A program made the position numbers and the translations under genes. The notes under the pieces were generated by a model. It was given only the letters and a program-made list of their open reading frames with translations. It made no database searches and was not told where the DNA came from. 32,000 bases of DNA. It comes from Erysipelotrichaceae bacterium (GTDB lineage: Bacteria; Bacillota_I; Bacilli_A; Erysipelotrichales; Erysipelotrichaceae). Where the stretch lies: NCBI GenBank assembly GCA_030604855.1, contig JAUVVC010000003.1, forward strand, positions 120,001-152,000, given 5' to 3'. Below, in pieces: positions 22,187 through 31,064 of this stretch; the stretch's first letter is position 1; each line of letters opens with the position of its first letter.

Positions 22187-24313
22187 ATGAAACAACAGTT
22201 GACCTTTTTAAGTGGACGTGTCATTCAGTGTTTGATCCATTTATGCAATGCGAATGATTACATGACGGTCAATGATTTGGCATTGGCCATTAAAACAAGC
22301 AAGCGAACCCTTTTTCGTGAGCTTAAAGATATCAATGATATTTTGAAAGCGTATCAGGTTCAATTGGAATCAAGACCAAAACATGGCGTTCGTCTTGTTT
22401 GTGAACAAGACCAACGTTTGCATTTCAAAAGTATTCTTTTGCAAATCGGAGCGCATCAGAACAACTTAAGCAAAGAAGATCGTCAAACCATTCTTCTATC
22501 GGAGCTTTTGAAAAACAAGTCCTTACAGAAATTGATTGTTTATGCCAATCAATTTGAAGTTTCCGAAGCTACTATAAGCAATGATATCGATAGCTTAGAA
22601 CCACAGCTTACGAAGTATGGCTTACGCATGTTGCGTAAGCCAGGCAGTAATCTAAGTTTAGAAGGAAATGAAGAAGCGATCCGCAAAGCGATTCGTGATT
22701 TTGTGTATCGGCATATGGAAGAAGACAAATTGGTTCGCTTGTTAAACCAACAAATGCCTTGGGATGTGGAGAATTACTTTAAGAACCAAGGTCCTGATAG
22801 CATCCTCAATGTCTTGAATAAGGACATTTTGTGGCAGGTCATTCACATCTTGAAGGAGAATGATTCGGTCTGGATCAATCGTTTGGCACAGAACTCTTAT
22901 ATTGGTTTGATTCTGCATTTGACGATTGCGATTGAGCGTCTGAAACATCGTGAACCGATCACCATCGATCCTGAGCTGCTTACTCAACTCAAGTCCGATC
23001 CTATGTTTGATAAGGCTAAGGAATTGGCTGAGTATTTTGAGGATGAGTTCGACTTGGACTTCCCGATCGAAGAGATTGCTTATATTTCAATGCATCTCAA
23101 AGGAGCTCGACTCTTGCATGTGGATGTGATGGAGACTTTGGATGATCATGATCTTTTTAGTGCTCAAGAGTTGCAGAAACTGGTATCCAAATTGATTGAA
23201 TCCTTTGAGAAGCTCAGTGGAACTTGGTTACACCAAGACGAGATCCTTGGTTATGGTTTGATCACCCATCTTCGCCCCGCCTTAACGCGCTTATTTTATA
23301 AACTTGAGATTCGGAATCCACTTCTGAATCAAATCAAAACGCAATACACACAGGTTTTCAACCTAAGTCAAGAAGCCTGCAAGTTGGTTGAGGACGAACG
23401 GATTCAAAATCTAAATGAAAATGAAGTCGGTTTCATCGCCATGCACTTTGGGGCAGCTTTGGAACGCATTAAGCAGAACGAACCCAAACGGATTGTGAAA
23501 GTGGCGGTTTTATGTGCGAGTGGGATTGGCATTTCAAGCTTACTGGCCTCACGCATCAAACGCAGTCTTCAAGACAGTGTCGAAGTCGTTCCACGTTCAC
23601 ACCTCGATCTGGCTTCGCTTCAGAAGGAACAGTTCGATCTCTTGGTCAGTACCATGGAAATCGGTGAGACCCACATTCCTAAGCTGATTGTCAATCCTTT
23701 GCTCAGTGATGAGGATATCGTTCAAATTCAAACACGAGTATCAAAGCTGGCGGCGTCATCCTATCACCTTGATTCGGACGTGCAAGAAGATTTTGTGTCG
23801 ATCATGAGCAAACAGATTGACTTGAATCAAGCCGTCTTGGGTTTGTTAAACAACTTCGTTTGTGAAATGGTTCCTTCCAGCTCAAGCCCACAGGATTTGA
23901 TGCGCTCCATTGCGGATCTGGCATGTGAGGATAACCAAGCTCAAGCCATCTTGTATAAGGATCTACAGATGCGAGAGACGATGGGTTCGGTTGTGATGGA
24001 AGATGAGCACTTTGCGATGTTTCATGCGAAGACGAGTGTCTTGAAGACACCACGGATGTACGTCCTTAGACCTACGGATGCACACTTTGATGCTTATGCA
24101 CCCGCTGAGATTCAAGTGATTGTGGCACTGCTTATCCCGGAACAAGTTCCCTCAGAACTCAATCTATGGATGAGTCACCTCAGTTCGGCATTGTTGGAGA
24201 ATGATGCTTATCGCATCGCAATCTTTACCAAATCAAAGGAATCGATACAAAATGAAATCTTGAGTGTCTTAAAAGGACCAATCAAGGCGTGGTATCGAAA
24301 GGTGAGCGGATGA
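22187..24313 (+). CDS. mtlR: PRD-containing transcriptional activator MtlR (HTH - PRD1 - PRD2 - EIIB(Gat)-like - EIIA(Mtl)-like)
   Basis: N-terminal HTH MTVNDLALAIKTSKRTLFRELKDI. PRD blocks IGLILHLTIAIERLK and GLITHLRPALTRL. EIIB-like VAVLCASGIGISSLLA. EIIA-like FAMFHAKT. The ATG at 22187 was chosen over the TTG at 22112, but the start is uncertain because the RBS is weak. Confidence 0.85.
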   Translation: MKQQLTFLSGRVIQCLIHLCNANDYMTVNDLALAIKTSKRTLFRELKDINDILKAYQVQLESRPKHGVRLVCEQDQRLHFKSILLQIGAHQNNLSKEDRQTILLSELLKNKSLQKLIVYANQFEVSEATISNDIDSLEPQLTKYGLRMLRKPGSNLSLEGNEEAIRKAIRDFVYRHMEEDKLVRLLNQQMPWDVENYFKNQGPDSILNVLNKDILWQVIHILKENDSVWINRLAQNSYIGLILHLTIAIERLKHREPITIDPELLTQLKSDPMFDKAKELAEYFEDEFDLDFPIEEIAYISMHLKGARLLHVDVMETLDDHDLFSAQELQKLVSKLIESFEKLSGTWLHQDEILGYGLITHLRPALTRLFYKLEIRNPLLNQIKTQYTQVFNLSQEACKLVEDERIQNLNENEVGFIAMHFGAALERIKQNEPKRIVKVAVLCASGIGISSLLASRIKRSLQDSVEVVPRSHLDLASLQKEQFDLLVSTMEIGETHIPKLIVNPLLSDEDIVQIQTRVSKLAASSYHLDSDVQEDFVSIMSKQIDLNQAVLGLLNNFVCEMVPSSSSPQDLMRSIADLACEDNQAQAILYKDLQMRETMGSVVMEDEHFAMFHAKTSVLKTPRMYVLRPTDAHFDAYAPAEIQVIVALLIPEQVPSELNLWMSHLSSALLENDAYRIAIFTKSKESIQNEILSVLKGPIKAWYRKVSG

Positions 24314-25020
24314 TCAAAATCTATGTGGTCTGTGATGCAGGAATGGGCTCCAGTGCTTTGGGAGCGAGCCTGTTAAAAAAGGAATTCAAGAATTCAAGTG
24401 TGGAAGTGCAGATTCAAAATGTGTCGATTGATATGGACATGCGTGAAGCAGATCTATTGGTTACGCACCAACATTTTGAGTCCAGTCTAAGGAAACATTA
24501 TCCAGGAAAACTGATTGTGGGCTTGGATGATTTCTTAAATAAACAAAATCTAAAAAAGGTGGTACAGATGATGGAAAACACAAAAAAAGCAGTCTTATTG
24601 AAGTCGAATATTCGTATTAAAACGGAGAATGTCACCAGTGATGAAGCCATCGTAGCGGTGGGCAAACAACTCTTAGAGAGTGGTTATGTCGAAGAAAAGT
24701 ACATTGAGGGCATGTTGGAAAGAGATCACAGTCTATCGGTTTTCATGGGCAATAAGATTGCACTTCCGCATGGTGAATATGACTATAAGAAGAATATTTT
24801 AAACAGTGGCATTGTGGTGGATGTGTATCCCAATGGCATCGACTGGCATGGTGAGACCGTGAATCTTGTCGTTGGTTTAGCAGGTATTGGTGAAGATCAC
24901 ATCCAGATCTTAAGCAATATCGCAACGGTCTTTGGTGAAATCGAAGAAGTGGATAAAGTCTTGGAACACCAAGATGTCGATATGATTTATGAATTGCTCA
25001 CAGCGGAGGATAACGCGTGA
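24310..25020 (+). CDS. mtlF: PTS mannitol IIB-IIA fusion (second IIB domain fused to MtlF-type IIA)
   Basis: N-terminus [16 protein letters not shown] (IIB Cys loop). C-terminus GNKIALPHGEYDY (IIA His). The ATG at 24310 forms an ATGA overlap with the mtlR stop and has an AAGGTGAG RBS. Confidence 0.8.
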   Translation: MIKIYVVCDAGMGSSALGASLLKKEFKNSSVEVQIQNVSIDMDMREADLLVTHQHFESSLRKHYPGKLIVGLDDFLNKQNLKKVVQMMENTKKAVLLKSNIRIKTENVTSDEAIVAVGKQLLESGYVEEKYIEGMLERDHSLSVFMGNKIALPHGEYDYKKNILNSGIVVDVYPNGIDWHGETVNLVVGLAGIGEDHIQILSNIATVFGEIEEVDKVLEHQDVDMIYELLTAEDNA

Positions 25021-26150
25021 AAACCGCCGTTCACTTCGGTGCTGGAAACATCGGACGTGGCTTCATTGGATTGTTGTTAAATAAAGCAGGCTATCATGTG
25101 ACTTTTTCAGATGTTAGTGATGTCTTGATTGATGCATTGAAAGAACGTAAACAGTATACGGTTGAATTGATCTCGGATGCGGCAGAGACGATCGTTGTGG
25201 AGGGGGTTGATGGACTCAACTCCAAATTCGAACAAGATCGCTTAACCGATCTCTTGGCAACGGCAGATTTGATCACCACAGCAGTTGGACCCAATATTCT
25301 ACCTTTTATTGCAAAGAACATCGCACCAGCGATTGAAAAACGTGTCTTGAATAATTCGATTCAGTTCACCAACATCATTGCATGTGAGAATACAATTGAA
25401 GGCTCTACTAAGTTGAAGAACGCACTATTGCCATTGTTAAGTCCTGAAGCCTTGGTTCACGTGGAACAATTCATTGGGTTCCCAGATTCCGCAGTGGATC
25501 GCATCGTTCCGAATCAAAAGAATGAAGATGTACTTTGGGTAAAAGTTGAACCTTTCTATGAATGGGTCGTGGATTCATCGAAGATCAAAGGAGAACTGGA
25601 GATTCCAGGGGTTCATTTCACGCCGAGTTTAGAAGCCTACATTGAACGCAAGCTCTTCACCGTCAACACCGGACATGCGAGTACGGCCTACAGTGGGTAT
25701 CTAAAAGGGTATACAACCGTATATGAAGCCATTCAAGATCCCGAAGTTGAAGCTTTGGTTCGTGGTGTTTTAGCTGAAACCAGTTCACTCTTGGTGGTGA
25801 AACACGGCTTTGATGCTCAAACACAAGCAGGGTATGTGGATAAGACCATCAAACGGTTCAAGAATCCAAGTGTCATTGATGAAGTGGTGCGTGTCGGTCG
25901 TGGACCTTTACGTAAGCTCTCCGCAAACGATCGTTTCTTTAAACCCATGTTGGAGTTGTACAATCGTGATATGGATTCCACTCATCTTCAGAAAGTTGTC
26001 GCATTGGCTTTGCAGTTCAATGTGAGTGAAGATGAAGAAAGTGTTAAACTTCAAGCTTTGATTCTAGACAAAGGTAAACAGGCCGCACTGGCTGAAGTCA
26101 GTGGTTTGGCACAGGACCATCCCCTTATTCAATCCATTCTTAAGCTCTAG
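25017..26150 (+). CDS. mtlD: Mannitol-1-phosphate 5-dehydrogenase
   Basis: AVHFGAGNIGRGFIG NAD motif and VDRIVP. 377 aa. GTG start in a GTGA overlap with the preceding stop. Confidence 0.9.
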   Translation: MKTAVHFGAGNIGRGFIGLLLNKAGYHVTFSDVSDVLIDALKERKQYTVELISDAAETIVVEGVDGLNSKFEQDRLTDLLATADLITTAVGPNILPFIAKNIAPAIEKRVLNNSIQFTNIIACENTIEGSTKLKNALLPLLSPEALVHVEQFIGFPDSAVDRIVPNQKNEDVLWVKVEPFYEWVVDSSKIKGELEIPGVHFTPSLEAYIERKLFTVNTGHASTAYSGYLKGYTTVYEAIQDPEVEALVRGVLAETSSLLVVKHGFDAQTQAGYVDKTIKRFKNPSVIDEVVRVGRGPLRKLSANDRFFKPMLELYNRDMDSTHLQKVVALALQFNVSEDEESVKLQALILDKGKQAALAEVSGLAQDHPLIQSILKL

Positions 26151-26165
26151 CAATAGAGCTTTTTT
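26142..26165 (+). terminator. Candidate terminator after mtlD
   Basis: AAGCTCTA-GCAA-TAGAGCTT followed by TTTT. The stem is AT-rich and includes the stop codon. Confidence 0.5.
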
Positions 26166-26230
26166 GATTCATATTTTCAAATAGAAGTGTTGAGTGAAAG
26201 ATTACAGAAACCAAATGTAAGATGAAATAT

Positions 26231-26244
26231 CGTAAACGCTTACA
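26231..26244. promoter_or_regulatory. cre-like (CcpA) site CGTAAACGCTTACA
   Basis: One mismatch to WTGNAANCGNWNNCW on either strand, with the central CG present. It ends 8 nt upstream of the -35. Confidence 0.4.
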
Positions 26245-26252
26245 ATAATCTA

Positions 26253-26281
26253 TTGACAGTGTTTTTAAGTCTTGGTATTGT
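26253..26281 (+). promoter_or_regulatory. Candidate promoter TTGACA-17-TGgTATTGT for the thiolase operon
   Basis: Consensus -35 at 26253-26258, an extended -10 TG at 26273-26274, and -10 TATTGT at 26276-26281. Confidence 0.6.
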
Positions 26282-26293
26282 ATGGATATAAAA

Positions 26294-26323
26294 GGTGAAT
26301 CACCATTCATATTTAGATTCACA
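26294..26323. promoter_or_regulatory. Nested palindromes in the 5' leader (TGAAT-CACC-ATTCA; GTGAATC...GATTCAC)
   Basis: TGAAT/ATTCA arms lie at 26296-26309. GTGAATC (26295-26301) pairs with GATTCAC (26317-26323). The whole element sits between the -10 and the RBS. Confidence 0.35.
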
Positions 26324-26333
26324 GTGAGGGTCC

Positions 26334-27551
26334 ATGGATAATAAAGTTTATATTGTAAGTGCGAAAAGAAGCGCAACAGGTTCTTTCTTAGGCAGTCTTA
26401 AAAATGTATCAGCACAGGTCTTGGGTGGTGAAGTTGTCAAGGCGATTTTAGCTGAGACGAAAGTTGACCCAAGTTTGATTGATGAAGTGATTATGGGGAA
26501 TATTTTACCTGCAGGACAGGGTCAAGGGGTTGCACGTCAAGTATCATTGGCAGGCGGTGTACCTGAAACGGTTCCAGCGTATAGTTTGAACATGGCCTGT
26601 GGCAGTGGAATGAAAGCGGTGATGTTAGGCTATGCGAACATCAAAGCGGGACTTCATCAACTGGTCTTGGCCGGTGGGGTTGAAGTCATGAGCGCGGCTC
26701 CTTATCTTCTTCCAAAAGAAGTGAGAAGTGGTCATAAGATGGGTGGTCTGAATGTTTCCGATCACATGATCGACGATGCATTGACGGACGCATTCCATCA
26801 TGTGCATATGGGCATAACAGCTGAGAATATTGCGGAGCGCTATAACATCTCACGCGAAGCACAGGAAGCTTTTGCTTATCAATCTCAACTCAAAGCGATT
26901 CAAGCGGTGGATGCGGGTGTATTCAAGAATGAAATCGTACCGATATCCATCAAACAAGGGAAAGAAGTGTTTGTATTTGATACGGATGAATATCCAAATC
27001 GTAAAACAAATTTGGAAAAACTCGCGACTTTACGTCCAGCCTTCAAGAAAGAAGGCAGTGTCACAGCGGGGACCGCTTCGGGCATCAACGATGGGGCGAG
27101 TGCCGTCTTATTGGCAAGTGGCGAGATGTGTGAAAAATTGAATCTGACACCTTTGGCCGAAGTCATCGGCATCGGTCAAGGGGGTGTGGATCCACTCTAT
27201 ATGGGCTTAGGTCCGACACCGGCGATCCGCCAAGCACTGAAACATGCGGATCTCAAACTAAGTGACATGAACGTGATTGAGTTGAATGAAGCGTTCGCAG
27301 CTCAAAGTCTTGGGGTCATTCATGAGTTGGCAATCGAGCACCAAGTCTCTGAAGAAGGCTTATTGAAGAAGACCAATCCGAATGGTGGTGCGATTGCCTT
27401 GGGTCATCCCGTCGGGGCGAGTGGGAATCGAATCCTCGTAACCTTGGTTCATGAAATGAAACAAATGAAGATGGATTTAGGTTTGGCATCGTTGTGCATC
27501 GGTGGTGGCATGGGTACAGCCCTTGTCATTCGTAATATCAAAGGAGAATGA
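26334..27551 (+). CDS. Acetyl-CoA C-acetyltransferase (thiolase II)
   Basis: YIVSAKRSATGSFLGSL, the active-site NMACGSGMKA, GHPVGASG and CIGGGMG, all canonical for the biosynthetic/degradative thiolase family. Confidence 0.9.
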   Translation: MDNKVYIVSAKRSATGSFLGSLKNVSAQVLGGEVVKAILAETKVDPSLIDEVIMGNILPAGQGQGVARQVSLAGGVPETVPAYSLNMACGSGMKAVMLGYANIKAGLHQLVLAGGVEVMSAAPYLLPKEVRSGHKMGGLNVSDHMIDDALTDAFHHVHMGITAENIAERYNISREAQEAFAYQSQLKAIQAVDAGVFKNEIVPISIKQGKEVFVFDTDEYPNRKTNLEKLATLRPAFKKEGSVTAGTASGINDGASAVLLASGEMCEKLNLTPLAEVIGIGQGGVDPLYMGLGPTPAIRQALKHADLKLSDMNVIELNEAFAAQSLGVIHELAIEHQVSEEGLLKKTNPNGGAIALGHPVGASGNRILVTLVHEMKQMKMDLGLASLCIGGGMGTALVIRNIKGE

Positions 27552-27553
27552 AC

Positions 27554-28273
27554 ATGCGATTAGAAAACAAAGTAGCGATCATCACAGGCGGTGCGCGCGG
27601 ATTAGGCCAAGCAATGGCAGTGGCTTTTGCGAATGAAGGGGCTAAAGTCATTGCGGCGGATATGGGTGAGATGAGTTATTCACATCCTAATGTCGAAGGA
27701 TATGCCTTGAATGTGACAGACAGTGCGGCGTGCGAAGCTTTCTTTAAAGAAGTCGTCGAAAAGTATGGCACGATTGATATCCTTGTGAACAATGCGGGCA
27801 TCACACGCGATGCTTTGACACGTAAGATGACTGAAGAAATGTGGGATTTGGTCATTGATGTCAACTTGAAAGGTGTCTTTAATCTGACTCGTCATGTCGG
27901 TCCATACATGCAGACAAAACAAACCGGTTCGATCATCAACATCGCTTCGATCGTTGGTGTTTTTGGAAACATCGGTCAAGCAAATTATGCCGCATCCAAA
28001 GCAGGTGTCATTGGATTGACGAAGACATGGGCTAAGGAATTTGGCATGAAGGGTGGCAATGTGCGTGTCAATGCGATTGCGCCAGGCTATGTCATGACGG
28101 ATATCTTAAAAACCGTACCTCAAGACTTGTTGGATAAATTTGCGGCGATGACGATGTTGGGACGTTTGGGACAACCGGAAGAAATCGCGAATGTAGCGTT
28201 ATTCTTAGCGAGCGAAGAGGCATCCTACATCACCGGTCAAGTGATTGAACCCAATGGAGGCATGCGACTCTAA
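27554..28273 (+). CDS. FabG-like short-chain dehydrogenase/reductase (3-oxoacyl reductase type)
   Basis: TGGARGLG, NNAGITRD, S...YAASKAG catalytic motif and GQVIEPNGGM. The ATG at 27554 (GGAG 7 nt upstream) is preferred over 27548. Confidence 0.85.
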   Translation: MRLENKVAIITGGARGLGQAMAVAFANEGAKVIAADMGEMSYSHPNVEGYALNVTDSAACEAFFKEVVEKYGTIDILVNNAGITRDALTRKMTEEMWDLVIDVNLKGVFNLTRHVGPYMQTKQTGSIINIASIVGVFGNIGQANYAASKAGVIGLTKTWAKEFGMKGGNVRVNAIAPGYVMTDILKTVPQDLLDKFAAMTMLGRLGQPEEIANVALFLASEEASYITGQVIEPNGGMRL

Positions 28274-29163
28274 TGAAAAACTATGAATTAAAAACTTTAG
28301 TGTTAAGTAATGGTGAAACCATTGCGTATCGTGAAGCAGGCAGTGGTTCAAAGACCGTAGTCTTGGTTCATGGCAATATGAGCTCTTCGGTTCATTTCCA
28401 AACCACAATGGAAGCTTTGGAAAAAGATTATAAAGTCTACGCCGTGGATATGCGTGGTTTTGGGGATAGTTCTTACAATAATGAACTGAACAGCCTCCGT
28501 GATTTCAGTGAAGACATTCAACTTTGGGTTGAAGCTTTGGGCCTCAAAGACTTCAATATCCTCGGTTGGTCGACCGGTGGTGGTGTCGTCTTGGAATTAG
28601 CAGCGGATATGCCAGAACGGGTTAATAAAGTCTTCTTATTGGATTCTGTTGGCATCAAGGGTTATCCAATGTTTAAAAAAGATGAAAAAGGTCAACCCAT
28701 CCTTACACAATTAATCACAACAAAAGAAGAGATCAAAGTTGATCCTGTACAAGTGTTGCCAATATTAACAGCTTATGCGACACGCAATAAAGACTTACTC
28801 AAAATGATTTGGAATGCGGTTATCTACAATACCGTTCAACCCAATGAAGAGGATTACGATGCGTATTTGGAAGCGATGCTCAAACAACGCAATTTAGTCG
28901 ATGTGGATTACAGTTTGGTTCATTTCAATATGACATCAGAAAATAATTTACTTGGTATGGGCAGTGGTCGTATGGCACTGGTTGAAGCACCGATTGTCAT
29001 CTTACATGGCAAGAATGATTATGTCGTTCCTTTCAATCAAGCTGAAGAAATGAAGCAGTTCTTCGGCGATCAAGCTGTTTTGATTCCTTTCGAGGGAGGA
29101 CATTCCCTACCAACTGATTGTTTTGATCAATATGTCTCTGTTCTCAAGGAGCACATCGTTTAA
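28273..29163 (+). CDS. Alpha/beta-hydrolase fold protein (Ser-Asp-His triad intact)
   Basis: HGNMSS oxyanion region, nucleophile elbow GWSTGG, HGKNDYVVP and GGHSLP. TAATG overlap with the upstream gene. Confidence 0.75.
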   Translation: MKNYELKTLVLSNGETIAYREAGSGSKTVVLVHGNMSSSVHFQTTMEALEKDYKVYAVDMRGFGDSSYNNELNSLRDFSEDIQLWVEALGLKDFNILGWSTGGGVVLELAADMPERVNKVFLLDSVGIKGYPMFKKDEKGQPILTQLITTKEEIKVDPVQVLPILTAYATRNKDLLKMIWNAVIYNTVQPNEEDYDAYLEAMLKQRNLVDVDYSLVHFNMTSENNLLGMGSGRMALVEAPIVILHGKNDYVVPFNQAEEMKQFFGDQAVLIPFEGGHSLPTDCFDQYVSVLKEHIV

Positions 29164-30185
29164 TGGAAACGGTTGGAATATTGGGTTTAGGGGTCTATCT
29201 TCCTGAGGGAAGAATGAGTGCACAAGAAATCGCTGATGCCACACAAGGTGTCTGGAGTGAACAAGCCATCATTGAAAAACTAGGAATCGTCGAGAAGACC
29301 ATTCCCAGTGTAAAAGATGGGACTCAAGAAATGGGAGCTCTCGCCTCATTAAAAGCCATAGAAAATGCTGGAATCGATCCTAGAGAGATTGATGTCATCC
29401 TCTGCTTTGGGGAAGAATGGAAAGAATATCCGCTCACTACCTCCGCTCTCTACATTCAAGATCGTATCGGGGCTGTGAATGCCTGGGGCATCGATGTTCA
29501 AAATCGTTGTTGCACATCGGTAACGGCTTTGAAGATGGCTAAGGATATGCTTATCGCAGATGAAGAGATTGACACGATTCTTGTGTGTGGTGGTTACCGC
29601 AATGGAGATTTCGTGGATTATACCGATAAAAACATGTCGATGATGTACAACTTATCGGCAGGTGGTGGTGCCTTGATTCTACGTAAAGGCTTAAAGAAGA
29701 ATCTACTCTTGGGCTCACACATCATCTCAGATGGTTCATTGGCACGTACGGCGGGTGTTGAAATCGGCGGTACCGTGAATCCTATGAATAAAGACAATGT
29801 CGAGGAAGGCAAGAAATCACTACGCTTACTTGATCCTGAAAAGATGAAGAATCGTTTGAATGCAGTGTCGCAAAATAATTGGTTGACCTGCATTGATGAG
29901 GCTTTACGTAAATCCAGAATGTCTCGTTCGGATATCGGTTATTTGGATATTTTACATATCAAACGTTCCGCACACTTTGGCATGCTTAAAGATCTAGGTT
30001 TGACCGAGGACCAAAGCATCTACCTTGAAAACTATGGACACATGGGCCAAGTCGATCAGATTTTATCCTTGTGCTTAGCACTCGAATCCGGTCAAGTCAA
30101 AGATGGTACGCTTGTCTGTATGTTGGCAGCGGGTATCGGTTATGTCTGGGCATCGAATATCGTACAGTGGGGAGAGATTCAATGA
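29163..30185 (+). CDS. KAS III (FabH)-like thiolase-fold condensing enzyme, atypical
   Basis: 340 aa. Start GILGLGVYLPEGRMSAQEI. Candidate active site NRC(116)C(117)TSVTAL, H265 in ILHIKRSAH, and YGH(293)MG where FabH has GNTS. TAATG overlap upstream and ATGA overlap downstream. Confidence 0.7.
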   Translation: METVGILGLGVYLPEGRMSAQEIADATQGVWSEQAIIEKLGIVEKTIPSVKDGTQEMGALASLKAIENAGIDPREIDVILCFGEEWKEYPLTTSALYIQDRIGAVNAWGIDVQNRCCTSVTALKMAKDMLIADEEIDTILVCGGYRNGDFVDYTDKNMSMMYNLSAGGGALILRKGLKKNLLLGSHIISDGSLARTAGVEIGGTVNPMNKDNVEEGKKSLRLLDPEKMKNRLNAVSQNNWLTCIDEALRKSRMSRSDIGYLDILHIKRSAHFGMLKDLGLTEDQSIYLENYGHMGQVDQILSLCLALESGQVKDGTLVCMLAAGIGYVWASNIVQWGEIQ

Positions 30186-31057
30186 GTACATTCGTACAAA
30201 TCCTTCTAAGAAGTTTGGAATCGGGGAGTGTCTATGCCTTGGCCGCTTTGGGGATCATCGTCATTTATCGCACATCCAACATCACTAACTTCGCACAAGG
30301 AGCTGTAGGGATGTTCAATACCTATGTCGTGACTTTCCTTGTGATTCAAGCAGGCTTTCCTTTATGGTTGGCAATCTTGGGTGGTGTAGGAACGGCAATT
30401 TTGATGGGGTTCACGATTGATTATCTCGTCATTCGTCACACAAAGAAAGTATCGCCGGTAGCGAAACAAATCATCACTTTGGGCTTGATTATGGTTGTCT
30501 TGGGCTTGGCTCCGATGTTCTTTGGAGTGGATCCTTTAAACCTTCCACGATTAATTCCGGATGGTAATGTCAATATCTTGGGTGCTAATCTTTCTTACAA
30601 TGGTTTATTCAATATTGTGTTTGGATTTACACTGATGTTCATCCTGTTTTATATCCTGCAAAATACAAAAGTGGGATTGGCGGTTCGTACCACCGCATCC
30701 AATGAGTACACAGCACGCTTGATGGGTGTACCCACCAAGACGGTTACCTTAGGGGCTTGGGCTCTAGCGGCAGTCTTAGGTTTACTGGCTGGGGTCATGA
30801 TCGCCCCTACAACTTCCGTCAACTTGAATCTGATGGATGTGGTCCAAGTCAATGCCTTGATCGCATGTGTGTTTGGAGGATTTCAAACCTTCTACGGACC
30901 TATTTTAGGGGCGTATATCATTGGCATCAGTCGGAATATGTTGCTTTATTACTATGATTCGGTCTGGGGTGGACAGATTTTATATGTTTTGATTCTCATC
31001 TTCTTAATCTTCAGACCCTATGGTTTGATCGGTAAGAAGGTCGTTAAGAAAGTGTAG
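30182..31057 (+). CDS. Branched-chain-amino-acid-type (Liv/HAAT family) ABC transporter permease, LivH-like
   Basis: LRSLESGSVYALAALGIIVIYRTSNITNFAQG is the typical LivH N-terminus. The ATG at 30182 overlaps the KAS III-like stop. The ORF-track extension to 30071 is rejected. Confidence 0.85.
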   Translation: MSTFVQILLRSLESGSVYALAALGIIVIYRTSNITNFAQGAVGMFNTYVVTFLVIQAGFPLWLAILGGVGTAILMGFTIDYLVIRHTKKVSPVAKQIITLGLIMVVLGLAPMFFGVDPLNLPRLIPDGNVNILGANLSYNGLFNIVFGFTLMFILFYILQNTKVGLAVRTTASNEYTARLMGVPTKTVTLGAWALAAVLGLLAGVMIAPTTSVNLNLMDVVQVNALIACVFGGFQTFYGPILGAYIIGISRNMLLYYYDSVWGGQILYVLILIFLIFRPYGLIGKKVVKKV

Positions 31058-31064
31058 GTGTGCG

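Noticed and set aside
26222-26248. Mini-ORF ATG AAA TAT CGT AAA CGC TTA CAA TAA (8 codons) in the mtlD/thiolase intergenic region
   Set aside because: It has no RBS, lies upstream of the predicted promoter, and coincides with the cre-like site. It is most likely fortuitous.
26334-29163. Polyhydroxybutyrate synthesis (PhaA thiolase + PhaB reductase + PhaC)
   Set aside because: The 296-aa alpha/beta-hydrolase is too short for a class I-IV PHA synthase, and I did not see the PhaC lipase-box Cys context (it has GWSTGG with Ser). No phasin or PhaR gene is present.
26334-30185. OleABCD-like olefin or beta-lactone biosynthesis (FabH-like OleA + alpha/beta-hydrolase OleB + SDR OleD)
   Set aside because: No OleC-type AMP-dependent ligase (beta-lactone synthetase) gene is present. 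The SDR is a classical 240-aa FabG type rather than the longer OleD type. A canonical thiolase II and an importer do not fit the Ole scheme. I kept it only as a remote analogy.
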